Of a DNA stretch of 61,679 nucleotides, positions 1 to 9,034 are shown one piece after another. The translations under genes were made by a program, and so were the position numbers. The stretch covers positions 1 through 61,679 of the IMG/VR virus record IMGVR_UViG_3300045741_000280. One strand, given 5' to 3'. The notes under the pieces are model-generated. The model was given only the letters and a program-made list of their open reading frames with translations. It had not been told where the DNA came from and did not search any database. Numbering within the stretch: the stretch's first letter is position 1; every line of letters starts with the position of its first letter. This DNA is from a virus. Its lineage: Duplodnaviria; Caudoviricetes.

Positions 1-214
1 AAAAGGATATTCTGAGGATGTGCTTTCAGACTGCCCCTCGGATGAAATTAATAAAAAGCCTATAAAAACTAAAATAAAGGGAAAATTAAATGAGGGTGTT
101 TATTCCCTTGGAGTTAGATTCACCAGAATTTTATTTGGTAAAAATGTGATTACACGCTCACTTTCTGTCTCTGGAATATCCTTTTTCAAATCCCCGGAAG
201 CATTAATGCTATAA
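1..214 (+). CDS. 3' end of an upstream gene (partial, unknown function)
   Basis: The frame of ORF 20..214 is open from position 2 (KGYSEDVLSDCP...) to TAA at 212-214, so it probably runs in from outside the window. Confidence 0.4.
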   Translation, partial: KGYSEDVLSDCPSDEINKKPIKTKIKGKLNEGVYSLGVRFTRILFGKNVITRSLSVSGISFFKSPEALML

Positions 215-249
215 TATGCCCAAAAAATTTAACAAAATTGTATAATTGT

Positions 250-281
250 CTTGGTTATTAAATAATTGCATTCTATCTTTG
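250..281 (+). promoter_or_regulatory. Bacteroidetes-type housekeeping promoter (-33/-7) for the capsid operon
   Basis: CTTG (250-253), 20-nt spacer, TATCTTTG (274-281). Matches the TTTG-N19-21-TAnnTTTG consensus, 30 nt before the ATG at 312. Confidence 0.65.
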
Positions 282-311
282 TTCTTAATAACCAATAAAC
301 TACATTAGAAA

Positions 312-1535
312 ATGCCCGAAAAGAATATAGACACCTCGGAAGCCTTCGATTTTGGAATCGTGGACACCTCTGTAATGGGAAACGTGAAAGCTGTAGATGC
401 TTTCCTTTCTGACACAGTTCTACCAGATGATGATAAAGAGCTGGAGGATGTAGACGAAGAAGAAAAACCACCTACAAAGAAAGAGGCTGTAGCAAAAAAA
501 GCTAAAGAAACTCCATCTAAATCAGTTGTTAAGAAAGTAGAGGATCCTCTTAAGAAAACAGCTGAGGAAATCTTATTTGAAGAAAAGGACGAAGAGGACG
601 AAGAAGACAAAGAGGAAGAGGAAAAAGAAGAAAAGGACGAAGACAAAGAGGAATCTAAAGAAGGAAATGACTTTGAAACTCTCTCTAAGGATTTAATATC
701 TTTGGGCGTATTCACACAAGAAGAGGATGAGGCTTTGCCTAAAACAGGCCCTGAACTACTGGCTAAATTTAATGCTGAGAAACAGAAAGGTGCTACACAG
801 TGGCTTGATGGATTTCTCGGAAGATTTGGTGACGACAGAAAAGACCTGTTCGAAGCCATTTTTGTAAATGGTGTTGATCCTCAGGAATATCTACCAGTGT
901 TTGCAGAAGTGCAAAATCTGGAATCTCTCGACCTCTCAAAAGAAGAAAACCAGGAGAGAGTGTACAGGGAATTTTATCGTAGACTAAAATTTTCCCCTGA
1001 AAATATAGATAAGAAACTACAGAAAGCTAAGGATTATGGTGACCTGGAAGAAGAGTCCAAGAATTATCATGCTCAAATTGTAGCACAGGATAAGGAAGTG
1101 TTAGCTGATCAGGAAGCCTCTAGAGCAGCTAAAATTCAGGCAGATGCGAGGGCTGATGCCGAATATAAGAGTTCAATACAAAAGGTGTTACAGGATAAAT
1201 TAAAAACCAAAGAATTTAATGGAATTCCTCTTACGCCCGATTTAGTTAATAAGGCATTTGACTTATTATATACAAAAAGATATAAGACAGCAGACGGACA
1301 ACTGTTAACGGAATTTGATAAATTCATTCTTGAAACCAAACGTCCAGAAAATCTGGAAAAGCGCATACAATTAGCTCTTTTAAAACTAACAGATTTCGAT
1401 TTTTCTAAAATAGCCAAGAGGGCTGTTTCTAAAGAAACAAATGAATTGTTCAACCAATTCGCTCAACAGAAAGCTAAAAAGTCTACAGCCGTAAAGGAAA
1501 AAGCTACACAAGCCAGAGACTGGCTACAGTTATAA
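312..1535 (+). CDS. Putative capsid scaffolding/assembly protein (crAss gene 77-like by synteny)
   Basis: 407 aa with a very acidic, low-complexity N-half (EEKDEEDEEDKEEEEK) and a helical C-half, immediately upstream of the major capsid gene as in Crassvirales. Confidence 0.7.
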   Translation: MPEKNIDTSEAFDFGIVDTSVMGNVKAVDAFLSDTVLPDDDKELEDVDEEEKPPTKKEAVAKKAKETPSKSVVKKVEDPLKKTAEEILFEEKDEEDEEDKEEEEKEEKDEDKEESKEGNDFETLSKDLISLGVFTQEEDEALPKTGPELLAKFNAEKQKGATQWLDGFLGRFGDDRKDLFEAIFVNGVDPQEYLPVFAEVQNLESLDLSKEENQERVYREFYRRLKFSPENIDKKLQKAKDYGDLEEESKNYHAQIVAQDKEVLADQEASRAAKIQADARADAEYKSSIQKVLQDKLKTKEFNGIPLTPDLVNKAFDLLYTKRYKTADGQLLTEFDKFILETKRPENLEKRIQLALLKLTDFDFSKIAKRAVSKETNELFNQFAQQKAKKSTAVKEKATQARDWLQL

Positions 1536-1567
1536 TAACAAATTTCAAACAAAAATTATAAAATAAG

Positions 1568-3118
1568 ATGGCATTACAAACAATACCTGGATTTACAGGG
1601 CTAGCCTATGGAAGGGTGAGTTCAACAGACAAACGCTCTATTGGTAAATTCACTGATAGCAATCACCTGGAGAGCTTCCATGATGTAGCTCCTTCCAATT
1701 ATGACAAGAAGGTGATAAGCCTGTACACGCAATCCAGCTTGTATAGCAATGATTTTCTTGACATGGTGAATAAATCCACTCCTTATTATTTGGATGGACT
1801 TAGTGATACATGGAAATGGGATATTGAAAAACCATTCCAATTCATGAAAATCATTGATGTCCCGGATTCCACTCTCACACAAACCAATATTGGTATTGAT
1901 GGAAAGGAATTCCAGGTGGTGCTGGATGGCCAGGTGGCCAAGAACTCAGTGTTCTCTGTAGGTCATAGGATGTACGGACAGCAATTCGGTGTCATTCAGG
2001 ATCCTGTTCCCTACAATAGGGGATGGCTTCACACATGTACATTGATGTCTGATAATCCACAAACTACAGCTGTAAACAGGTTGTTCCTATTAGCAGGTAC
2101 GGATATTGAGGTGATAGATGTAGTGCTTGGAGAGTTCGACCAGGATTTAGGCGGACTTGATAAATTGGCAGAAAAGATTACAATGTTCGAAACTCTTGGC
2201 TCAGGCTATGGCTTCGAACACACTATAACAGCATGGGCCGATGACAAGATGTTAAAGGATTCAAAAGGTCAGCCTCTGGATATTATGGTGTATATGAACC
2301 AGCGTAGAAATGAAAAAATGGATGTTCGCAACGATATTAAATGGGAACCATTCGTAGAATTCATGTTACGCAAACAAATGCTGGAAACCAAGGTGAAGAG
2401 AATGATTTGGAGCAAGCCTGGATATATGCGTACAAATGGTGGAAAGCAAGAGCTGAAAAAGAAATCAGCTGGTGTCTACCCCAGAATGCGTACATCAGGA
2501 AACTACCATCCATACAATCGTGGAGAATTCACTCCAGCTTTTATACGTGGCATCTTTGGTGATTTGTTCTATCGTAGAGTGGATGTATCCAAGAGAAGGG
2601 TGAAAATGTATACAAATGAAGCAGGTTTTGATGCTTTTCAGCAGGCTATTAAGGAAGATGCTTTGGGTGCAGGGCTTGTATTCAATGTTGGTGATAACGA
2701 TAAATTCATCAATGGATCAGGTCAGCATTTACAAATGAATTTCGCTTTTGATTCATTTGTCACTCGGGAAACTGGTGTTGTAGAAATATCCCACCTGAAA
2801 GAACTCGATTTGCCACAAACCAACCTTGAGTTTGGTCAGAATAAGAAAAGCACACCAATATTCTTTGTATTCGATGTATCTCCTACATCAGATGGATCAT
2901 TAGTTAATAACATCCGTGAAGTGAGGAGAAGCGGAACACCTTCTATGCAATGGGGATATGTTGATGGTCGTAGAAGCCACCTTGGAGCTTTCAAAAGCCA
3001 GGGTATGCAATCAGCCTCTAAATTCCCGGGATATACAATTTGGATGGAAGACCGTTCAGATGTGTTCATAGAGGATTTAAGCCGCACAGTGTTGATAGAA
3101 GAAATACCACAATTCTAA
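1568..3118 (+). CDS. Major capsid protein, crAss-like
   Basis: 516 aa with an N-terminal TDSNHL motif resembling crAss-like MCPs. Size and position between a scaffold-like gene and conserved structural genes fit. Confidence 0.85.
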   Translation: MALQTIPGFTGLAYGRVSSTDKRSIGKFTDSNHLESFHDVAPSNYDKKVISLYTQSSLYSNDFLDMVNKSTPYYLDGLSDTWKWDIEKPFQFMKIIDVPDSTLTQTNIGIDGKEFQVVLDGQVAKNSVFSVGHRMYGQQFGVIQDPVPYNRGWLHTCTLMSDNPQTTAVNRLFLLAGTDIEVIDVVLGEFDQDLGGLDKLAEKITMFETLGSGYGFEHTITAWADDKMLKDSKGQPLDIMVYMNQRRNEKMDVRNDIKWEPFVEFMLRKQMLETKVKRMIWSKPGYMRTNGGKQELKKKSAGVYPRMRTSGNYHPYNRGEFTPAFIRGIFGDLFYRRVDVSKRRVKMYTNEAGFDAFQQAIKEDALGAGLVFNVGDNDKFINGSGQHLQMNFAFDSFVTRETGVVEISHLKELDLPQTNLEFGQNKKSTPIFFVFDVSPTSDGSLVNNIREVRRSGTPSMQWGYVDGRRSHLGAFKSQGMQSASKFPGYTIWMEDRSDVFIEDLSRTVLIEEIPQF

Positions 3119-3130
3119 TAAATTCCCTCC

Positions 3131-3238
3131 GGAAGAAAGGCTCCACTCCTCCCACCTCGGAGCCTTCTTCCAAAAATTAAATAAGAATGTTGGAATGGGG
3201 TATCGCCCGTTCGTCTTTCTCTCATCAGAAAGCATTCT
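3131..3238 (+). other. Structured intergenic RNA after the MCP gene (long hairpin plus branched stem-loop)
   Basis: GGAAGAAAGGCTCC (3131-3144) pairs with GGAGCCTTCTTCC (3159-3171). Downstream, AGAATG...CATTCT encloses the GAATGGG/CCCGTTC and CTTTCT/AGAAAG stems. There is no U-tract. Confidence 0.55.
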
Positions 3239-3260
3239 CTAAAAAACCAAATAACTAAAT

Positions 3261-4214
3261 ATGCCGAAAATAGCCAAACTATCTCCGATTAAGAAAACCT
3301 ATGGCCAATCATTCAGGACGTTTGAATCTTCACTTGCCTCTCATGAGCTTTACAGAGCTCCGGGCACTGTAAGAAGCTTCACTCCCTATAGAGAAGCAAA
3401 TGGTAAATATAGAACAGGACTGGATAAAGATGCTCTCTATCTTAGAGGATTTTCTGAAGAAGCTCGTAAAGTGGAATATGATAGAATAGATGAAACATTG
3501 GAAAAGCTGGAAGGATTTTTTGGTGCAGGAATTGATTGGTCCCCCACATCTAAAGTGTGGAATGCTTTTTCAAACTCCCCAATAAAAGTGAATCCTGTAA
3601 AAATAGGATCTAGCAGTGAGTTTTTCGATTTAGAATCTGGTGTAGGATTATTAAATTACACATGGATTAGGGTGCATCCACACATAGCTCCCTCGTTTGA
3701 GGCATATAAAAGAGGAGAATATCCTGATGTTCAATACTACCTTGCAGATGATGAGGTGGAAACTAAACAAACATATAACAGGAAAAGGGAAATCAATCAG
3801 GCTATTGTAGCTTTTGAACAGATGACCCCAACTAAAAAGAAGCAGGTGGCCCGTTTAATGGGACTTCCAATAGGAGACTCGGTGACGGAAGAACAGGTGT
3901 ATAATGATATTGACACCCTTTTGAAACAATCGGAGTTTTCTGAAGGAGAATATAAAGGACTTTCCACCATCAGAGTGTTCAAAGAGATTTCATCTCTGGA
4001 TGACGCAAGACTTAAGGTGAAAGACTTAGTGGAACAAGCCATAAGAAACTCCATATATCGTGTAGGACTGCATGGCAAAATACAGGAAGGAGCAAATGTT
4101 GTCTCCCCATCAAAGGAAGAATTAGTTACACATCTCCTGGACGACTCTAACCAAATGGAACTCCTGGCCCTGCAAAAACGACTCGAAGTTAAGAAATTTG
4201 CTAATGTAGTATGA
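3261..4214 (+). CDS. Conserved crAss-like structural/assembly protein (gene 75-like by synteny)
   Basis: 317 aa ORF directly downstream of MCP, with ATGA coupling to the next gene. Confidence 0.6.
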   Translation: MPKIAKLSPIKKTYGQSFRTFESSLASHELYRAPGTVRSFTPYREANGKYRTGLDKDALYLRGFSEEARKVEYDRIDETLEKLEGFFGAGIDWSPTSKVWNAFSNSPIKVNPVKIGSSSEFFDLESGVGLLNYTWIRVHPHIAPSFEAYKRGEYPDVQYYLADDEVETKQTYNRKREINQAIVAFEQMTPTKKKQVARLMGLPIGDSVTEEQVYNDIDTLLKQSEFSEGEYKGLSTIRVFKEISSLDDARLKVKDLVEQAIRNSIYRVGLHGKIQEGANVVSPSKEELVTHLLDDSNQMELLALQKRLEVKKFANVV

Positions 4215-4939
4215 TAAAGACAGAAAGCTTATTATATAAAATAGACCAACGACTTAATAAGCTAGCTTCAAATGCTCATCAGCAAATAGCCTTAGAAGAT
4301 AAAATTCTCGCTGCCAATGAGGCTCAACTAAAATTAATAAAGCAAAAGCTTGATGGGAATAACATCTACAAACTGGGTTTGGATGCGTTTAAAAAACGTT
4401 ACGAAGATCTCCAGAAATTAGTAGAAAATTATGAGGATCATCCGCTTCCTCTAATCCCAACAGATGCATATTTAAATAAGTGGGTGGCTGATTTAACGGT
4501 TTTGAAACCAAAATACATGTTTTATGTTGATAGCTATGTAGTAGCCAGCAAGGGAGCATGTAAGAACAAGAGAGTGGATGTTAATAATGATTTAGTTAAA
4601 CACGCTGATATTCCTACACTCTTAAATAATTCCAACTACAAGCCTTCTTTCGAATATAGAGAAACATTCTCCATAGTGTCCACAGATGAAATAGGAATAT
4701 TTACAGATGGGACATTCACACCAAAGGATGTATACGTTTCCTATATACGTTATCCACAGGAAATTGATTTCCCGGGATATGTGAAATTAGATGATAAAGA
4801 TTCATCCCTCTCCGATTGTGAGTTGGAAGAATACCTGGAAGATGAGCTTCTTGATTTGATGGTGGAAAATCTGGCAATGTATACAGAAAACCAATCTGCT
4901 GTACAATACGCAAAAGAAAGACAGGCAGAAAACGAATAA
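4211..4939 (+). CDS. Head-tail ring/adaptor protein (gene 74-like by synteny)
   Basis: 242 aa. N-terminal helix (LAANEAQLKLIK), YIRYP motif and C-terminal helix (ELLDLMVE) resemble P22 gp4-like ring proteins. Confidence 0.6.
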   Translation: MIKTESLLYKIDQRLNKLASNAHQQIALEDKILAANEAQLKLIKQKLDGNNIYKLGLDAFKKRYEDLQKLVENYEDHPLPLIPTDAYLNKWVADLTVLKPKYMFYVDSYVVASKGACKNKRVDVNNDLVKHADIPTLLNNSNYKPSFEYRETFSIVSTDEIGIFTDGTFTPKDVYVSYIRYPQEIDFPGYVKLDDKDSSLSDCELEEYLEDELLDLMVENLAMYTENQSAVQYAKERQAENE

Positions 4940-4962
4940 ATTAAAAATTAAAAAAGACATAA

Positions 4963-6102
4963 ATGAGTACATATTCTCTCCGTACAATATTTGTATTTCC
5001 CGTTGGGAACACATTGCCTTCTTCTGGAAGCACAGAAAATCTAACCAACCGTCAGGTGGGTGTGTTTAAGGATGCTGCTCGTACAGTGGCCACAGCAGGA
5101 AATGTTAGCTCGGCAGATTTCATTCAAATCGCCCAGGGTCAGGATTTATCCCTAGGATCTAAAATCTCTGACAAAATCAAGTCCACTAAGGTGAAGAAGT
5201 GGTATAAAGTAACTGGTAGTGCCACAGCAGCTAACGAAATATGGGAATTCTCCAAATTCTCTGCCCAGTGTGACCAGGCTGTTACATTCACTATTAATGC
5301 CCATTCAAGCTATTTGGATACAATTAGTTTTAATGGCTTAACACGTTCTGTAACATTCCTCACTCCATGCTGTGATTGTGGAGCAAATCCATGTACGGAT
5401 ATTGCTAATGAGACGCTAATTGATCTGTTAATTGCAAAAATTAACCAGGATTCTGACACTACAGTTCAAACAGGGCCTAATGCTCTAAATCTGAAGACAT
5501 TCTTCACATTTGAGAAAGTGGGTACAGGAAATTCAGCTGTTCTAAGGGTGAGTTCTAAACCACTTACTGTTTATGGTAAATTCTGTGATGTTGCTCTTAA
5601 TCCCTACGAATTCGATAGGATTTGGTTCAGAGGATGGGTTTATTCAGGTCCAGAAACTACAGTGGATTTCTTGGTGTATGACAGATGTGAGTCTGTAGCA
5701 ACAGGCACTGTTACACAGAGAAGCTCATTCCCAAGAGGCACCTCAGCAGAAATCTACCAATTGGAAATTGATTATTTTAGCTACCAGAGTCCATTCAAAC
5801 ATTTGTACAGCATGTCTGGCTACAACCAGTATTTTGTATCGGATGTTGTAGATGGCCAGCTATATGATACATATTACATTATATTTGACGAATATCAACA
5901 GGATGATTCATGGACTCCTAATTTGAAAGAGGACGAAACTGTTATTCTTGCTGTTCCCCAGGGAGCTACATCAACACTAGAAACTTTGTTGGTGACATAT
6001 CTTGGAGCCATTACTAATGCTTCAGGAGCAGCAGTGACTACAACGTCTTCAACAACAACATCTTCAACAACTAGCACTAGTACCACTACACTTACTCCAT
6101 AA
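4963..6102 (+). CDS. Structural protein, probable auxiliary capsid protein (gene 73-like by synteny), with Thr/Ser-rich tail
   Basis: 379 aa, beta-rich, with a PCCDCGANPC cluster. Ends in TTTSSTTTSSTTSTSTTTLTP and is followed by a terminator. Confidence 0.6.
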   Translation: MSTYSLRTIFVFPVGNTLPSSGSTENLTNRQVGVFKDAARTVATAGNVSSADFIQIAQGQDLSLGSKISDKIKSTKVKKWYKVTGSATAANEIWEFSKFSAQCDQAVTFTINAHSSYLDTISFNGLTRSVTFLTPCCDCGANPCTDIANETLIDLLIAKINQDSDTTVQTGPNALNLKTFFTFEKVGTGNSAVLRVSSKPLTVYGKFCDVALNPYEFDRIWFRGWVYSGPETTVDFLVYDRCESVATGTVTQRSSFPRGTSAEIYQLEIDYFSYQSPFKHLYSMSGYNQYFVSDVVDGQLYDTYYIIFDEYQQDDSWTPNLKEDETVILAVPQGATSTLETLLVTYLGAITNASGAAVTTTSSTTTSSTTSTSTTTLTP

Positions 6103-6124
6103 CACTCTCATTTTAAAACAAGCT

Positions 6125-6168
6125 AAAAGCTGAAGGAAGGATGTATTTCCAACTCCTTCAGCTTTTTT
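6125..6168 (+). terminator. Intrinsic terminator
   Basis: AAAAGCTGAAGGA / TCCTTCAGCTTTT stem ending in TTTTTT, just after the stop of 4963..6102. Confidence 0.75.
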
Positions 6169-6205
6169 AATTAAGAGTGGAGTGGTGACAAAATAAAAAG
6201 TAATT

Positions 6206-6487
6206 ATGAAAATGAGTGTGTTTAAGGGATATGTTACATCAGCTATAGGCACTATTACAATGGTGCTAACTCTCATCCTTCTATGGCAGAGAGTAGTGGG
6301 GTTTGTATGGGAAGGAGTGGCTGGGTTATGTATAGGATGTATATTATTTTTAGCTCCCCAGGCTATTGAAAATATAGTGTCTAAAGGAGTGGGATATTTT
6401 ACAAAGAATAGCCAGTCTCAAGCAGATGAATGTGTTGATGGAATAAAGAACGTTACAACACCTCCAAATCCACCAAGAAAAATATGA
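6206..6487 (+). CDS. Holin-like membrane protein
   Basis: 93 aa with two hydrophobic segments (AIGTITMVLTLILLW; GVAGLCIGCILFLA) and a charged C-terminus. ATGA-coupled to the endolysin. Confidence 0.6.
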   Translation: MKMSVFKGYVTSAIGTITMVLTLILLWQRVVGFVWEGVAGLCIGCILFLAPQAIENIVSKGVGYFTKNSQSQADECVDGIKNVTTPPNPPRKI

Positions 6488-6909
6488 GTGCTCAGCAAGA
6501 GATAATACAAAAATATGGTATGCCAGGAACAGCTTATTTTAATAAGTGGTGTGTAACATGGCCCATTAAGGAAGATTTCTCCTGGTTTCCGGCTAATAGG
6601 ATATTTATAAATAAGGATTTCAGAGAAAAACTATATTTGGCATTTAAAGAACTAGAAAATAAAGGATTACAAAAAGAGATAAAGACATTTGATGGGTGCT
6701 ATGTAGAAAGAAATGTTAGGGGCTCATCTTCAATATCACTACATTCTTGGGGTATGGCTATTGACTTAAATGCATCCTTTGAAAAACTTGGACAGAATAT
6801 CACCCATTTTAGTAAGGACTTTATTAATGTAATGACTAAATATACATTCTGGGGCGGAAATTTTAAATCTCGTCCTGATCCTATGCATTTTGCATTCTTA
6901 AATGGCTAA
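6484..6909 (+). CDS. Endolysin, peptidase M15 (L-Ala-D-Glu/D-Ala-D-Ala peptidase fold)
   Basis: Zinc-ligand motifs SLHSWGMAID (SxHxxGxAxD) and WGG...DPMHF. Confidence 0.9.
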   Translation: MSAQQEIIQKYGMPGTAYFNKWCVTWPIKEDFSWFPANRIFINKDFREKLYLAFKELENKGLQKEIKTFDGCYVERNVRGSSSISLHSWGMAIDLNASFEKLGQNITHFSKDFINVMTKYTFWGGNFKSRPDPMHFAFLNG

Positions 6910-6931
6910 TAAAGAAGAATATAAATAATAA

Positions 6932-7477
6932 ATGGCGAATTCCACTCCATCTCTCGATTTAATTATACTAGATACACACTCCTCTCTTACACTAGCTGTG
7001 GGTGATGTTAGTGTATATCCATCTACATTCTCTATTTCCACTCCTACAATAGAAATCACCGTTCCCTCCTACCCTATGATTTCTCTTCCATTTGTGGCCT
7101 CCTCTGTACAGGTGTATAATTCCACCACTTTAGGCATCACTACGGGAACTAATTGTGATAATATAGCTCTTCCAGATGGATTGTATAGTATTAAATACTC
7201 TGTCTATCCAGCTTATTTATATTATGTGGAAAAAACATTCCTTAGAGTGGATAAATTAATGGCTAAATGGGACGAGGCTTATTTAAAGCTCGACCTTTTC
7301 CAATGTGATCAGGCTATTAAATTCCAGGAGCAACAAACTCTGGATTTGATAGAGGATTACATCAGTGGAGCTATAGCAGCCTCCAATCAATGTGTTAACA
7401 AATTAGCCGTTGAATTATATACAAAGGCTAATTCTCTATTGGATAAATTCATTAACAACAGTTGTTGTATTAAATAA
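6932..7477 (+). CDS. Structural protein, possible tail hub/fibre-docking protein
   Basis: 181 aa. An Ig-like N-part with LPDGLYSIKY is followed by a helical C-part ending SCCIK. Its position matches the tail hub genes of crAss-like phages. Confidence 0.5.
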   Translation: MANSTPSLDLIILDTHSSLTLAVGDVSVYPSTFSISTPTIEITVPSYPMISLPFVASSVQVYNSTTLGITTGTNCDNIALPDGLYSIKYSVYPAYLYYVEKTFLRVDKLMAKWDEAYLKLDLFQCDQAIKFQEQQTLDLIEDYISGAIAASNQCVNKLAVELYTKANSLLDKFINNSCCIK

Positions 7478-7489
7478 AAACCAATTAAA

Positions 7490-7591
7490 ATGGGATGTCA
7501 ACCAACCAGCTGTAGAGGCTGTGGAGTAGTTATGAAAGCCTGCCAATTAGTAAATGGCTTATGTCCTCAATGTGTAAATAGAAATAAATAA
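7490..7591 (+). CDS. 33-aa Cys-rich peptide (not in ORF track)
   Basis: MGCQPTSCRGCGVVMKACQLVNGLCPQCVNRNK, with two CxxC pairs. It fills the gap, has an A-rich leader and overlaps the next gene by TAATG. Confidence 0.7.
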   Translation: MGCQPTSCRGCGVVMKACQLVNGLCPQCVNRNK

Positions 7592-7959
7592 TGTCTAACT
7601 TTCAAGTGGTTTCATGCACTTCCTGTGGGTCGTTAAAAGAAATTTATAACGAGATAGAATGCACATTGATAGATTTGATTAAGAGAAAATGGACTAATGC
7701 TCAATACAATACATCACTATCCTTTAACCAGCGTCTGTACAAAGACTTAGTGAGATATAAGAGAGTGGTGTATAATAGAATGTTTAATTCATCCTACCCA
7801 TCCTCCTCCATAGATGTCCAGGATGTAATTACACAATCCAGACTAAGAGCTTACAAGGGTGGAAACTGTTCACAATGTTCTTCGTGCTTTCCCCCTGATA
7901 ATTCTTCTTCATCTTCGACATCCTCTTCTACATCCTCGTCTTCCACCACTAACCCATAA
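7591..7959 (+). CDS. Small structural protein, possible second tail hub protein
   Basis: 122 aa with CTSC and CSQCSSC clusters and a Ser/Thr C-terminal tail. Translationally coupled. Confidence 0.5.
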   Translation: MSNFQVVSCTSCGSLKEIYNEIECTLIDLIKRKWTNAQYNTSLSFNQRLYKDLVRYKRVVYNRMFNSSYPSSSIDVQDVITQSRLRAYKGGNCSQCSSCFPPDNSSSSSTSSSTSSSSTTNP

Positions 7960-7966
7960 TTAACAA

Positions 7967-9013
7967 ATGAGTTGCGAAAATTGCTTACAAAACTGCGGAG
8001 ACTCTCTAACAACAGATAAATGTGTTAAATACACAGGACCAGATGTCCCTATATTAGGGATATGCACTGGAGATTCTTTATTTCAGGTGGAGGAAATTTT
8101 AATAGATGCCTTAATAGGGGTTACTAGCGGAACATCCATCACTCTTTCAGATTTAACACTAGATTGTGCTTTAATCACCACCTTATTGGATGGAAAGGAT
8201 AAAACTGTAGCTAATTTGGTGCAGGTGTTGGTGACAGCATCCTGTCAAACTAAAGGAGAATTAGATGCTCTCTATGCCCAAGTGAATGCTCCCTTTTCTA
8301 TTTCCGGAGCATGTCTTACACTGCCAACCAATCCTACAAGGGATCAAGTGTTACAGGCTATAGCTACAAAGCTATGTTCTACATCAGATGCTGTTAACGC
8401 TATAGCAGCTGATTATGTGAAGGCTTCTCAGCTTTGCTCTCTCGTAAACTCCTGTATATCAGGAGGAGCCACAGGCCAGGAATATTTAAAAATGCCTAAA
8501 TATGTTGCTCTACCCTATCATGGTCCACTAACAGTGTTCGATGCAGGAGGGGCAGGAATAGCCGCTCAAGGATATGATAAGGTGTATATATGTGCGGGTC
8601 AGTCTGTAGGAACATTCACTCTCCCCGATTATAGGGGTAGAAGTCCAATAGGAGCTAATACAAATGTTCCTGGAGGAGCTATGGATTCCGATGTGGATCC
8701 TTCCCTTGCAGCAAATGCAGGATATTCCATAGTAGCTGGAACGAAGAAGGGAGAATATGCTCACACATTAGTAGTGGCTGAGAACGCTGCACATACGCAT
8801 TCTGTTAATGATCCTGGACACACACATAGTTATATTAAAGGAAATGTTAGTTCCCATCCCACTGGTAATGCTACTAACGCCATACGTGACCAAGTGAGCG
8901 ACACCACCACATCCTCCACAACAGGGATTACTATTAATTCCAGTGGTGGATCACAACCCCATAATACAGTGCACCCATCTATAGGAACCACCTTTATTAT
9001 GCATGTACCATAA
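7967..9013 (+). CDS. Short tail fibre/needle with C-terminal tail-collar domain
   Basis: Cys-rich N-terminus. The C-half has collar motifs (TFTLPDYRGRSPIGA; GEYAHTL; GGSQPHNTVHP) and HxH metal-binding motifs (AHTHS, GHTHS). Confidence 0.75.
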   Translation: MSCENCLQNCGDSLTTDKCVKYTGPDVPILGICTGDSLFQVEEILIDALIGVTSGTSITLSDLTLDCALITTLLDGKDKTVANLVQVLVTASCQTKGELDALYAQVNAPFSISGACLTLPTNPTRDQVLQAIATKLCSTSDAVNAIAADYVKASQLCSLVNSCISGGATGQEYLKMPKYVALPYHGPLTVFDAGGAGIAAQGYDKVYICAGQSVGTFTLPDYRGRSPIGANTNVPGGAMDSDVDPSLAANAGYSIVAGTKKGEYAHTLVVAENAAHTHSVNDPGHTHSYIKGNVSSHPTGNATNAIRDQVSDTTTSSTTGITINSSGGSQPHNTVHPSIGTTFIMHVP

Positions 9014-9034
9014 TTTTAAAAATCAATATAAATA

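Noticed and set aside
3185-3240. Hammerhead-like core on the minus strand (CTGATGA at 3228-3222 followed by GAGAAAGACGAAC)
   Set aside because: The second core reads GAAC rather than GAAA, stem II is at most 1 bp, stems I/III do not flank a clean NUH site, and it is antisense to the operon. An Infernal search would settle it.
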